Assembly: GCA_963769465.1 (NCBI GenBank)
Contig: CAVYMA010000019.1
Coordinates: 50,644-114,643 of the forward strand
DNA length: 64,000 nucleotides
Reading direction: 5' to 3'
From: an uncultured Alphaproteobacteria bacterium
Lineage (GTDB): Bacteria; Pseudomonadota; Alphaproteobacteria; Geminicoccales; Geminicoccaceae
In this document: positions 24,065-34,283 of the stretch, in pieces
Layout of the letters: every line of letters begins with the position of its first letter
Position numbering within the stretch: position 1 is the first letter of the stretch
Notes under the pieces: model-generated
What the model saw: the letters and a program-made list of their open reading frames with translations, nothing else
The model's database searches: none
What the model was told of the DNA's origin: nothing
Position numbers and translations under genes: made by a program

Positions 24065-24643
24065 ACGCCGGACGCGACGCGGCGACCTGCCCTTGGCCTG
24101 GGCTGCCCGCACCCAAGGGCGCGCCCCATGGCCGAGGTGGCGGGAGAGAGTCGCCGCCTCGCGCTCGGCTCATGGCTTCCGGCGATGGAGTTGGCACCGT
24201 CGACCGATCTCCCTGACGGACACCTGCTGCTCGGACGTTGCCGCGAGCCGCAAATCCGCCGGTCTTCGGCCGCGCCCGGACAGTCCCGGCCATGGGTGGC
24301 CGCGCCCAGGCTCTCGGCCGGGAGTGCCACGCGCGGGTCGATGTTTCCGGGCGTCCCAGGGGCACCACGAGGCGACGCCCTTGCGCGCTTGGCTGCGCGA
24401 GCCAGCGCTGGATCGGCTCGAACCCACCGCCGGGGCCTGACTCGGTGCCGCGCTGCCGGCGCCGTCGCTGACCCCATCACTGGCCCCCATCGTCGAAGAT
24501 GCCGGGCACCATTTGGCGGCCGCACGGCCTTGCGAAGCGTGCAGATGTCACTCGCTCGCCGCGACGACGTCTCATCCGTTGCGGCGGCCCGTCCGTCCGC
24601 CCAAATCTAGCGCTGGTTCGGCAGCAGGCACGGGCGAGGGTTC

Positions 24644-26023
24644 ATGGCGGTCGGCAGGCGTGCGGTCGGTCTTGGCATCGGCGTGGCCGTCTCGGCCGCG
24701 CTCCTGGCGGCGGGCCCGGTCGCGGCGCAGCAGCCGGCGCTGGATCCGGAGCGCGGGGTGATGACCATGGCGCCGCTGCTCGAGCGGACGACCCCGGCCG
24801 TGGTCAACATCTCGGTGCAGAGCCGCACCGCCGTGGCCGAGAACCCGCTGTTTCGCGACCCGTTCTTCCGGCGGTTCTTCGACATGCCCGAGCAGCCGCA
24901 GACGCGGCGGGCCGTCAGTGCCGGTTCGGGCGTGATCGTGGACCCGCGCCGCGGCTACGTGCTGACCAACCACCATGTCGTGCGTGCCGCGGAGCGCATC
25001 ACCGTCACCCTCAAGGATCGCCGCGAGTTCCAGGCCGAGCTGGTCGGCAGCGACCCCGCCACCGACGTGGCGCTGCTGCGCATCGCGGCCGAGTCGCTGA
25101 CCGGCCTGCCGTTCGGCGACAGCGACCGGCTCAAGGTCGGCGATCTGGTGATCGCGATCGGCAACCCGTTCGGCCTCGGCCAGACCGTCACCTCCGGCAT
25201 CGTCAGCGCGCTCGGGCGCAGCGGCATCGAGAGCGGCAACTACGAGGACTTCATCCAGACCGACGCCTCGATCAACCCGGGCAATTCAGGTGGGGCGCTG
25301 ATCAACTCCAAGGGCGAGCTGATCGGCATCAACACGGCGATCCTGGCGCCCAGCGGCGGCAATGTCGGCATCGGCTTCGCGGTGCCGGCCAACATGGCGC
25401 GCAGCGTGATGGAGCAGCTGCTCCGCTTCGGCGAGGTCCGCCGCGGGCGCATCGGCGTGGTGATCCAGGATCTCGACCCGGATGCCGCCGCGGCGCTCGG
25501 CCTCGCTGCCGACGAGGGTGCCATGATCGCCCGGGTCGAGCCGGGCTCGCCGGCCGAGCGTGCGGGCCTGCGCGGCGGCGACGTGGTGCTGTCGGTCGAC
25601 GGGACCTCGGTGCAGGGCTCGGGCGAGCTGCGCAACCGGATCGGCCTGGTCGAGGCGGACCGCAGCGTCAGCCTGGAGATCCTCCGCGACGGCCGGCGAC
25701 GCCGGGTCGAGGTCCAGGTGGTACCGCTGGCGGCGGCCGGTGCTGCCACGGCCGCAGCACCGCAGCTCGCCGGGGCCACGCTCGGCGAGCTGACGCCCGA
25801 CCACCCGGCCTACGGCCGGATCGCGGGCGTGCTGGTGGTCCAGGTCGCGCGCGACAGCCGTGCCGCCGCCGCCGGCCTGCGGCGCGGCGACGTGATCCTG
25901 GGCGTCGACGGGACCGCGGTGGGCTCGGTCGCGGAGCTTGCCCGGGCCCTGCCGCCGGGCGGGGCGCGCGCGACCTTGAACCTGCTGCGCGGCAACCGCC
26001 AGCTGGCCCTGGCCGTCGGCTGA
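24644..26023 (+). CDS. degQ: DegP/DegQ (Do) periplasmic serine protease with two PDZ domains
   Basis: Signal peptide, GSGVIV, TNHHV, QTDASINPGNSGG. Confidence 0.95.
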   Translation: MAVGRRAVGLGIGVAVSAALLAAGPVAAQQPALDPERGVMTMAPLLERTTPAVVNISVQSRTAVAENPLFRDPFFRRFFDMPEQPQTRRAVSAGSGVIVDPRRGYVLTNHHVVRAAERITVTLKDRREFQAELVGSDPATDVALLRIAAESLTGLPFGDSDRLKVGDLVIAIGNPFGLGQTVTSGIVSALGRSGIESGNYEDFIQTDASINPGNSGGALINSKGELIGINTAILAPSGGNVGIGFAVPANMARSVMEQLLRFGEVRRGRIGVVIQDLDPDAAAALGLAADEGAMIARVEPGSPAERAGLRGGDVVLSVDGTSVQGSGELRNRIGLVEADRSVSLEILRDGRRRRVEVQVVPLAAAGAATAAAPQLAGATLGELTPDHPAYGRIAGVLVVQVARDSRAAAAGLRRGDVILGVDGTAVGSVAELARALPPGGARATLNLLRGNRQLALAVG

Positions 26024-26067
26024 GCGCGCCATTGCCACCGGTGAGCCTGCCGCCTACATCTTGCCGA

Positions 26068-26158
26068 TCTCAACGGGGTGTCCGGGGGTTCCCGGGCTGA
26101 GAGGCGCTCCGGCGCGACCCGTCGAACCTGATCCGGCTCATACCGGCGAAGGGATTTG
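26068..26158 (+). ncRNA. TPP riboswitch
   Basis: GGGGTG...GCTGAGA...ACCCG..GAACCTGATCCGG.TCATACCGGCGAAGGGA upstream of thiD. Confidence 0.92.
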
Positions 26159-26216
26159 AGATGCCTGGCCCCTCCCGGCACCGCAGGTCCCTCGTCGCAA
26201 GACGATCGAGGGAGGC

Positions 26217-27077
26217 ATGGCGCCAGGCTCCGCAGCGACCACCAAGACGCCCGTTCCGATCGCCCTGACGATCGCCGGCTCCGACAGCGGCGGCGGTGCC
26301 GGCATCCAGGCCGATCTCAAGACGTTCTCGGCCCTGGGCGTGTTCGGCTGCACGGTCGTGACCGCGCTGACCGCCCAGAACACGCTGGGCGTGCAGGCGA
26401 TCCACGGCGTGGAGCCGTCCTTCGTCCGGCGGCAGATCGATTCGGTGCTCGACGACCTCGCGGTGGGTGCGGTGAAGATCGGCATGCTGGGCGGGGCCGA
26501 GACCGTCATCGCCGTGGCCGAGGGCCTCGCGGCCTGGCGGCCGCCCTGCGTCGTGCTCGACCCGGTCATGGTCGCCAAGGGCGGCGACCGGCTGCTGCAC
26601 GACACGGCGGTGGCCGCACTGCGCGAGCGGCTCCTGCCGCTGGCGGATCTGATCACCCCCAACCTGCCGGAGGCCGGGGCGCTCCTGGCCATGGCGCCGC
26701 CGACCGATCGCGCCGGCATGGTCGCGGCGGCCGAGCGGCTGGTCGGGCTGGGGGCGCGCAGCGTGCTGCTCAAGGGCGGCCACCTCGGCGGTGCCGTCAG
26801 CCCCGACCTGCTCCTGACGGGCGGTCGCCCGCTGTGGCTGGAATCGGACCGGATCGCCACCCGGCACACCCACGGCACCGGCTGCTCCCTGTCCGCCGCG
26901 ATCGCCGCCCTCCTGGCACGCGGCCTGCCCCTGGCCGACGCCGTCGCCGAGGCCAAGCGCTGGCTGACCGCGGCGATCGCCGCGGGCGACGGCCTCGGCG
27001 TCGGCCGCGGGATCGGGCCGGTCCATCATTTCCACGCTCTGTGGCCCCCGCCCGACCCGGCCGCGGCCCGTGCCTGA
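26217..27077 (+). CDS. thiD: HMP/HMP-P kinase
   Basis: [34 protein letters not shown]. Confidence 0.95.
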   Translation: MAPGSAATTKTPVPIALTIAGSDSGGGAGIQADLKTFSALGVFGCTVVTALTAQNTLGVQAIHGVEPSFVRRQIDSVLDDLAVGAVKIGMLGGAETVIAVAEGLAAWRPPCVVLDPVMVAKGGDRLLHDTAVAALRERLLPLADLITPNLPEAGALLAMAPPTDRAGMVAAAERLVGLGARSVLLKGGHLGGAVSPDLLLTGGRPLWLESDRIATRHTHGTGCSLSAAIAALLARGLPLADAVAEAKRWLTAAIAAGDGLGVGRGIGPVHHFHALWPPPDPAAARA

Positions 27078-27833
27078 AGCCTCGCCCGGCCTCAGCGTCG
27101 GCATCGGCGCCGTCTCCTACCAGGGCGCGCCCCTGTTCGAGCACCTGCGCTTCCGGCTCGAGGGCGGTGTCTGGACCTGCCTGCTGGGGCCCTCGGGCGT
27201 CGGCAAGACCACGCTCCTGCGCCTGGTCGCCGGGCTGGCGCCGGGGGCGCTGGTGGTCGCCGACGACGGCCGCGGGACTCGAGGGCCGCATCGCCCTGAT
27301 GGCGCAGCAGGACCTGCTGCTGCCCTGGCTGCTCGGTGGTCGACAACGTGCTCCTGGGCTACCGGCTGCGTGGCGCGTCCCGCGCCGAGCTGCGCCGGCT
27401 GCGGGCACGCGGCGTGCGACCTGCTCGCCCGCGTCGGCCTCGCCGGCCGACGCCGACCGCTGCCCGGCCAGCTCTCCGGCGGCATGCGCCAGCGCGCGGC
27501 CCTCGCCCGCACGCTGATGGAGGACCGGCCCGATCGTGCTGATGGACGAGCCGTTCTCGGCGCTGGACGCGATCACGCGCCACCGGCTGCAGGATCTCGC
27601 CGCCGAGCTGCTGGTCGGGCGCACCGTGCTGCTGGTCACCCACAACCCGCTCGAGGCGCTGCGGCTGGGCCACCGCGTCTACGTGCTGGCCGGACGCCCC
27701 GCCGCGCCGCGCGGCCCGCTGCTGCCGCGCGGCGCTGCCGCCGCGCGATGCCGCCGACCCGACCCTGCTGGCGCTGCAGGCCGAGCTGCTGGGCGAGCTG
27801 ACCCGCTCCGCCCGGCTGCTGGAGGCATCGTGA
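27070..27833 (+). CDS. HMP/thiamine-precursor ABC transporter ATPase, ThiZ-like (frameshifted)
   Basis: GPSGVGKT, QLSGGMRQR, LMDEPFSALD, LLVTH over several frames. Confidence 0.8.
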
Positions 27834-28605
27834 GGGCGCTGCGGCCCGCTCGTGACCCTGCTCGGCCTGCTGGCGGCCTGGCAGGCCCTGGTCTGGGCCA
27901 CCGGCGTGCCGCCCTACATCCTGCCGGGCCCGCCGCGCGTCGCCGCGGCGCTCGTGCGCCAGCCGGCCTGCTCGCTGCGGCACGCCGCCGTCACGCTTCG
28001 AGCGAGATCGTGCTGGGCATCGCTGCTGGGCAGCCTGATCGGCTGCCGCCAGCGCCATGCTGCTCGCGGCCTCGGCCCGGCGCGCCGCGTGGCTGATGCC
28101 GCTCCTGGTGGCGAGCCAGGCCCTGCCGGTGTTCGCGCTGGCACCGCTGCTGGTGCTGTGGCTCGGCTACGGCATGGCCGTCCAAGATCGCGATGGCCGT
28201 GCTGATCATCTACTTCCCGGTCACGGCGGCCTTCCTCGACGGCCTGCGCCGCACCGAGCCCGGCTGGCTCGAGCTCGCCCGGACCATGGACGCCACGCCC
28301 TGGGCGATCCTGTGCCAGATCCGCGTGCCCGGCCGCCCTGCCCGCGCTGGCCTCCGGCCTGCGCGTCGCCGCCGCCGTCGCGCCGATCGGCGCCGTGGTC
28401 GGCGAGTGGGTCGGCTCCGGCGCCGGGCTCGGCTACCTGATGCTGCACGCCAACGCCCGCATGCAGGTCGACCTGATGTTCGCCGCCCTGCTCGTGCTGG
28501 CGACGATGGCGCTGGCCCTGTGGTTCGGCCGTCGACCGCGCCGGCCGCGCCATGGTCCGCTGGCAGCCCGAGACCGTCGCCAGAACCTGCGAGGACCCGT
28601 CATGA
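27830..28605 (+). CDS. ABC permease, ThiX-like (frameshifted)
   Basis: PYILPGP, SQALPVFALAPLLVLWLGYG, VVGEWVGS.AGLG. Confidence 0.8.
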
Positions 28606-29569
28606 CGCCCGTCCTCCGCCTGCTGCCCCTCGCTTCTCGGCCTCGTCCTGGCAAGCGGTCCCGCCCTGGCCGCGGACCGGCTGACCGTCCTGCTCGACTG
28701 GTTCGTCAATCCGGACCACGCGCCGCTGATCGTCGCGCGCGAGAAGGGCTTCTTCGCCGCCGAGGGTCTCGAGGTCGAGCTGGTGGCACCGGCCGACCCC
28801 AACGACCCGCCCAAGCTGGTGGCCGCGCGGCCAGGCCGACATCGCGGTCTCCTACCAGCCGCAGCTCCACCTGCAGGTGGCGCAGGGCCTGCCGCTGGTC
28901 CGGGTCGGCACGCTGGTGGCCACGCCGCTCAACAGCGTCGTGGTGCTGGCCGACGGGCCGGTGCGGACGATCGCCGACCTCAAGGGCCGCAAGATCGGCT
29001 TCTCGGTCGGCGGCTTCGAGGACGCGCTGCTCGGCGCCATGCTCGAGCGCAACGGGCTGACGCCTCGAGCGACGTCGAGCTGGTCAACGTCAACTTCTCG
29101 CTCTCGCCGGCCCTGCTGGCCGGCCAGGTCGACGCGGTGATCGGCGCCTTCCGCAATTTCGAGCTGAACCAGATGGACATCGTCGGCCGGCCCGGCCGCG
29201 CCTTCTATCCCGAGGAGGAGGGCGTGCCGGCCTATGACGAGCTGATCTACGTCGCCCATCGCGACGATCTCGCCCGACCCGAGCTGCGCCGCTTCCTGCG
29301 CGCGGTCGAGGCCGCGACGGCCTGGCTCCTCAACCACCCCGACGAGGCCTGGGCGGTGTTCAAGGGCACGCGACCCGGCGCTCGACGACGAGCTCAACCG
29401 TCGCGCCTGGCAGCGACACGCTGCCGCCGCTTCGCCCACAGCCCGGCCGCACTGGACCATGGCCGCTACCGGCGCTTCGCCGAGTTCCTGGCCGCGCGCG
29501 GGCCTGCTCGCCGCCCCGCCGCCCGTCGCCACCTACGCCGTCGACCTGTTCGAGGAGCCGAGCCCATGA
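28602..29569 (+). CDS. ABC substrate-binding protein, ThiY/NMT1-like (frameshifted)
   Basis: LDWFVNPDHAP, PADPNDPPKL, SYQPQL, GAFRNFE, EEEGVPAYDEL. Confidence 0.85.
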
Positions 29570-30357
29570 CCGCCTACGTCGCCGAAGGCGTCGACCGCAT
29601 CCGCCGCGAGGGTCCGCTGGTGCACAACGTCACCAACCTGGTCGCGATGACGCTCTCGGCGAACGTGCTGATCGCCGTCGGCGCCTCGCCGATCATGTCG
29701 GCGGCCTCCGAGGAGGCGGGCGAGCTCGCCGGCCTGTCCGGCGCGCTGGTCGTCAACATCGGCACGCTCACCCACGACTGGGTCGAGGGTGCCCGGGCCG
29801 CCGTGCGCGGGGCCCGTGCGGCCGGCCGGCCCTGGGTGCTCGACCCCGTCGGCGTCGGTGCCACCGCCTTTCGCCGCGACACCACCCGCGCGCTGGTGGC
29901 CCAGGGGCCCCGGATCATCCGCGGCAACGCCTCGGAGATCATGGCCCTGGCCGGCGGCAGCGGCCGGCGGCAAGGGCGTGGACAGCACCGCCGGCGCCGA
30001 TGCGGCCGCCGCGATGCCGCGCGCCAGCTCGCGGCCGACACCGGGGCCGTGGTCGCGGTCACCGGCAAGGTCGACCTGGTGACGGACGGGCAGCGCACGC
30101 TCACCGTCGCCAACGGCCACGAGCTGCTGACCCGGACCACCGCCTCGGGCTGCGCGCTCACCGCGCTGATCGGCGCCTGGGCCGCCGTGCTGCCCGACCC
30201 GCTGGAGGCCACCGCGGGTGCGCTGGCCGCCTATGGCGTCGCCGCGGAGCTCGCGGCACTGAAGGCCGCCGGCTGCGGCAGCTTCGTCCCGGCCCTGCTC
30301 GACGCCCTGGGTGCCCTGGACGGCGCCACGGCGGCACGGCTGGCCCGGATCGCATGA
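29566..30357 (+). CDS. thiM: Hydroxyethylthiazole kinase
   Basis: PLVHNVTNLV, NIGTL, DPVGVGA, IRGNASEI, SGCAL. Confidence 0.92.
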   Translation: MTAYVAEGVDRIRREGPLVHNVTNLVAMTLSANVLIAVGASPIMSAASEEAGELAGLSGALVVNIGTLTHDWVEGARAAVRGARAAGRPWVLDPVGVGATAFRRDTTRALVAQGPRIIRGNASEIMALAGGSGRRQGRGQHRRRRCGRRDAARQLAADTGAVVAVTGKVDLVTDGQRTLTVANGHELLTRTTASGCALTALIGAWAAVLPDPLEATAGALAAYGVAAELAALKAAGCGSFVPALLDALGALDGATAARLARIA

Positions 30358-31010
30358 GCCGCGCGCTGGCGCTCGACCTCTACCTGGTCACCGACCGCGG
30401 GATGTGCGCGGCCCGCGGCATCGAGCGCGTGGTCGGCGAGGCGGTGGCGGGCGGCGTCACCATGGTCCAGCTGCGCGACGACGCTCACGCCGGCGGCCGA
30501 GCTCGTGCGCCCTGGCCCGGCGGCTCGCCGAGCTGCTGGCCCCGAGCGGGGTGCCGCTGATCGTCAACAATCGCGCTCGAGGTCGCGGCCGCCGCCGGTG
30601 CCGCCGGTGTCCATGTCGGCCAGGCGGACGCCTCGCCGGCCGAGGCGCGCGCCCGCCTGGGCCCGGACGCGATCGTCGGCCTGAGCATCACCGCACCGGC
30701 GCAGGTCGCCGCCGTGCCCGTGGACCAGGTCGACTATCTGGGCGTCGGGCCGATCTACGCCACGGCGACCAAGCCGGACGCGGCCCCGCCGATCGGGCTC
30801 GCGGGCCTGGCCGACGTCCGGTCGCGCACCAGCCTGCCGATCGTCGCCATCGGCGGGATCGACGCCGGCAACGCGGCTGCGGTGATCGCGGCGGGCGCCG
30901 ACGGGATCGCGGTCGTGTCCGCGCTGTGCGCGGCGGCCGATCCACGCGCGGCAGCACAGGCTCTGGCGCTGGCGGTGGCCCGCGCCCGGCGGCAGGAGGG
31001 GCTGGGATGA
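30354..31010 (+). CDS. thiE: Thiamine-phosphate synthase (frameshifted)
   Basis: LYLVTD, VQLRD, GVHVGQAD, DYLGVGPIYATATK, VAIGGI. Confidence 0.92.
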
Positions 31011-31615
31011 CGGCAGGCATGTGGCTCGAGGAGCGGTTCGACGCGGCGCACCCCGATCCGCGGCTGGCCTGGCACTGCCCGCCGGCGCAGTGGCGATGCG
31101 GTGCCGATGGCCTGACCGTCGCCCCCGACGGTGCCACGGATTTCTGGCAGGGCACGCATTACGGCTTCCGCAACGACAACGGGCACGCGCTCCTGGCCGA
31201 GGTCGACGGCGGCTTCGTCCTCGAGACGCGGGTCCATGCGGCACCTTTGGCGCAGTACGACCAGGCCGGCCTGATGGTGCGGCTGGATGCGGACTGCTGG
31301 CTCAAGACCTCGGTCGAGTTCGAGCCGGGCCTGCCCAGCCGGCTGGGTGCGGTGATCACCAACCATGGCTGGTCGGACTGGTCGACCCAGGACATCGATC
31401 CCGAGCACGGCCGCGACGTCGCGTTCCGCGTCAGCCGCCACGGCGCCGACTACCTGGTCGAGGCGGCCGTCGGCGGCCGCGACTGGAGCCAGCTGCGCCT
31501 CGGCCGGCTGCAGGGCGACCGCGGCGGTCCGGTACGGGCGGGGCTCTATGCCTGCTGCCCCAAGCAGGCGGGCCTGGTCGCCAGGTTCGAGTATCTGAGA
31601 ATCGCGCGAAGCTGA
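31007..31615 (+). CDS. DUF1349 (concanavalin A-like) protein
   Basis: TDFWQGTHYGFRNDNGH, YDQAGLMV, WLKTSVE, SDWS; ATGA overlap with thiE. Confidence 0.85.
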   Translation: MTAGMWLEERFDAAHPDPRLAWHCPPAQWRCGADGLTVAPDGATDFWQGTHYGFRNDNGHALLAEVDGGFVLETRVHAAPLAQYDQAGLMVRLDADCWLKTSVEFEPGLPSRLGAVITNHGWSDWSTQDIDPEHGRDVAFRVSRHGADYLVEAAVGGRDWSQLRLGRLQGDRGGPVRAGLYACCPKQAGLVARFEYLRIARS

Positions 31616-31624
31616 GCCTTTGGC

Positions 31625-32237
31625 TCAGGAGCGGCCGCCCGCCTTGCCGCGGATCTGGGCGATCAGCGCGTCCAGGCCCTGGCGGTTGACCACCGAATTG
31701 AACTCGCTGCGGTTGCTCACCACCAGGCTCACCCCCTCGACCGCGACGTCGATCAGGCGGTAGGCGCCGTCGGTTTCGCGGACCCGCCACTCGATGCGGA
31801 CCGGGTCGGGCCGGTTGGGCAGCGTGACCTCGATCGGGACCAGGGCGTCGCTGCCGTCGGCGACGCAGCGCCCGAGCAACCGGTAGCTCACGCCGCCGCC
31901 CAGGCGCGCGAAGCGGTAGGCGAGGCTGTCCACTGCGTAGACGCGAAAGGCGTCGAGATAGGCCGTGCGCTGCGGCTCGCTGGCGGCCCGCCAGTGCCGG
32001 CCCAGGACGAGGCGGGCGATCAGCGGCACGTCGGCGAGCTGGAACAGCAGCTCGTTCATGCCGGCCAGCCGCTGCGCATCGTCGGCGCCCGGTGCGTTGA
32101 GGATGGCCAGGGTGCGGTCGGCGGCGTCGCGGATGAAGGCCTCGGCGGTCGGGCAGTCGGCATGGCCCGGGCGGCTCGCCGCAGCCGTGGCCGACGGCGG
32201 CCGCGAGTGCCAGCAGGGATCGGCGGCGCAAGCTCAC
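31625..32237 (-). CDS. MlaC/Ttg2D-family phospholipid-binding protein (frameshift near the signal peptide)
   Basis: IARLVLGRHWR, WRVR...IDVAVEGVSL...RSEF. Confidence 0.8.
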
Positions 32238-33196
32238 GTCAGCGCATCCGGGGCCGGGCGACCGGCGAAGAACGCGTCCAGATTGTCCAGGGCGCGAAAG
32301 CCCATGGCGTTGCGGGTCTCGACCGTGGCGCTGCCCAGATGGGGCAGCAGGAAGCAGTTGGGCAGGTCGCGGTAGCCGGGATGGATCGCAGGCTCGCCGG
32401 CGAAGACGTCGAGCCCGGCGGCGAACAGCTGGCCCGAGCGCAGGGCGGCGATCAGCGCCTCGTCGTCGACCAGGGTGCCGCGGGCCGTGTTCACCAGCAC
32501 GGCACCCGGCGGCAGGAGCGCCAGGGTGCGCGCGTTGATCAGGTGCTGGGTCGCGGCACCGCCCGGGCAGTTCAGCGACAGGAAGTGGCAATGCGGCAAC
32601 AGGCCCTCGAGGGTCGCATGGTACGTCGCACCCAGCGCGTCTCCCTCGGCGACGGGGCGACGATTGTGGTAATGGATCGCGAGCCCGAACCCGCGCGCGC
32701 GTCGCGCCAATGCCTGACCGATGCGCCCCATGCCGACGATCCCCAGCACGCGCCCGCGCAGCTCGAGCCCGAGCAGATCGATCATGGTGGGCCGCTGCCA
32801 GCGCCCCTCGCGCACCAGCGTCTCGCCCTCCCAGGCGCGGCGGGCGGCACCCAGAAGGCAGAGCATGGCGACGTCGGCGGTGGCCTCGGTCAGCACGTCG
32901 GGGGTGTTGGTGGCGACGATGCCGCGCGCCCGCAACGCCGGAACGTCCAGATGCTCGTAGCCGACCGAGAACGACGCCACGATGCCGACCCGCTCGGGCA
33001 GACGGGCCACCAGCTCGGCGGTCCAGCGCTCGGTGCTGCAGGTGAGGATGCCGTCCACGTCCTGGGCGAGGCCGGCGAGCTCGTCGGGGCCGTACTGGAC
33101 GTCGGCCACGTTGAGATGCGCGTCATAGTCGCGCCGGATGCGCGCCTCGACGGCGTCGGGCAGCCGACGTGTCACGAGAAGCCTCGGCCGCTTCAT
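32234..33196 (-). CDS. D-isomer 2-hydroxyacid dehydrogenase (glyoxylate/hydroxypyruvate reductase)
   Basis: TNTPDVLT, GMGRIG, NTARG, GLDVF..EP, PHLGSAT. Confidence 0.92.
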   Translation of the reverse strand: MKRPRLLVTRRLPDAVEARIRRDYDAHLNVADVQYGPDELAGLAQDVDGILTCSTERWTAELVARLPERVGIVASFSVGYEHLDVPALRARGIVATNTPDVLTEATADVAMLCLLGAARRAWEGETLVREGRWQRPTMIDLLGLELRGRVLGIVGMGRIGQALARRARGFGLAIHYHNRRPVAEGDALGATYHATLEGLLPHCHFLSLNCPGGAATQHLINARTLALLPPGAVLVNTARGTLVDDEALIAALRSGQLFAAGLDVFAGEPAIHPGYRDLPNCFLLPHLGSATVETRNAMGFRALDNLDAFFAGRPAPDALT

Positions 33197-33263
33197 GCCT
33201 TGCCCACCCTGTACTTCCGACCCTTGGCGCCCGATCTCTTAGCCCAGCGCGGTGGGTCGTGCC

Positions 33264-34088
33264 ATGGATTGGAGTGATCGAGCCTTGCCTCGCCCAGACG
33301 CCTGCCTCGTCGCCGCCGGACTGCTCGCTGCCGCTGCGACACCCGCCGCCGCGGCGGCGCCGGTCGCGGACCTCCTCTCGCACCGGGCCGCCTACCGCCT
33401 CAGCCTCGACGATGCGGACGCCGGCTCCGGCCTCAGCCGGGTCCGCGGCGGCCTCGTGCTCGAGTGGCGCGCCGCCTGCGAAGGCTGGCTGAGCCAGCAG
33501 CGCCTGGGCTTCGTCGCCGAGATGGATGGCGGGCCGGGCTTCACCTACGACGTCCGCTTCTCGAGCTGGGAGTCGCTCGACAACACCCAGCTCCGCTTCA
33601 CCGTGCGCTCGTTCGACGGTCCCACCATGCAGGAGGAGTTCCGCGGCCTGGCGAAGCTCGCCGGCCCGGGCGATCCCGGTACCGCGCACTATGAGCTGCC
33701 GGAGCCGGAGGAGGTCGCGCTGCCCGCCGGCACGATCTTTCCCACGGCCCATGTCGCCGACATCATCGCGGCCGCGCGGGCCGGCGAGCGGATCATCAGC
33801 CGGCAGGTGTTCGACGGCTCGGGCGAGGACGCGCTGACCCGGGCCACCGCCGTGATCGGCGCCGCGCGGACCGCGGCCCTGCTCGCCGGCGGCGAGGCGG
33901 AGCCGAGCTGGCCGGTCAGCATCGCCTACTTCGCCGCGGACGGCGAGGACGTCCTGCCGCAGTTCGAGATCGCCTTCGATCTCTCCGCCGGCGGCGTGCT
34001 GAGCAATGTCCGGCTGGACTATGGCGACTTCACGCTGCGCGCCGAGCTGGAGAAGCTGGAGACCTTCGCCCGTCCCGATTGCCGGTAG
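33264..34088 (+). CDS. eipB: Cell envelope integrity protein EipB (DUF1849)
   Basis: HRAAY.LSL, ACEGW, SWES, FPTAH, VFDGS, WPVSIAYF, LDYGDF, terminal Cys. Confidence 0.85.
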   Translation: MDWSDRALPRPDACLVAAGLLAAAATPAAAAAPVADLLSHRAAYRLSLDDADAGSGLSRVRGGLVLEWRAACEGWLSQQRLGFVAEMDGGPGFTYDVRFSSWESLDNTQLRFTVRSFDGPTMQEEFRGLAKLAGPGDPGTAHYELPEPEEVALPAGTIFPTAHVADIIAAARAGERIISRQVFDGSGEDALTRATAVIGAARTAALLAGGEAEPSWPVSIAYFAADGEDVLPQFEIAFDLSAGGVLSNVRLDYGDFTLRAELEKLETFARPDCR

Positions 34089-34283
34089 GGCCCGTCGCGG
34101 GCCGACCGCACTCGCTCCGTGCTCGATCGGGCTCGTTTGCCGTCGGCGGCTTGAGGCCGAGCGGCGGCCGCGACCGCGGGCACCCAGGGCCGGGACGACT
34201 GTAGGCAGGACCATGTGGTCGCCAAGTCCGGTGCGGGTCGTGCGAGGTCGCCCGTACCCGTCGCACCCGGAGGCCGGCGCGCC

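Noticed and set aside
28783-30357. ThiY-ThiM fusion ORF
   Set aside because: Produced by indels; thiM has its own GAGGAG RBS and ATGA overlap at 29566
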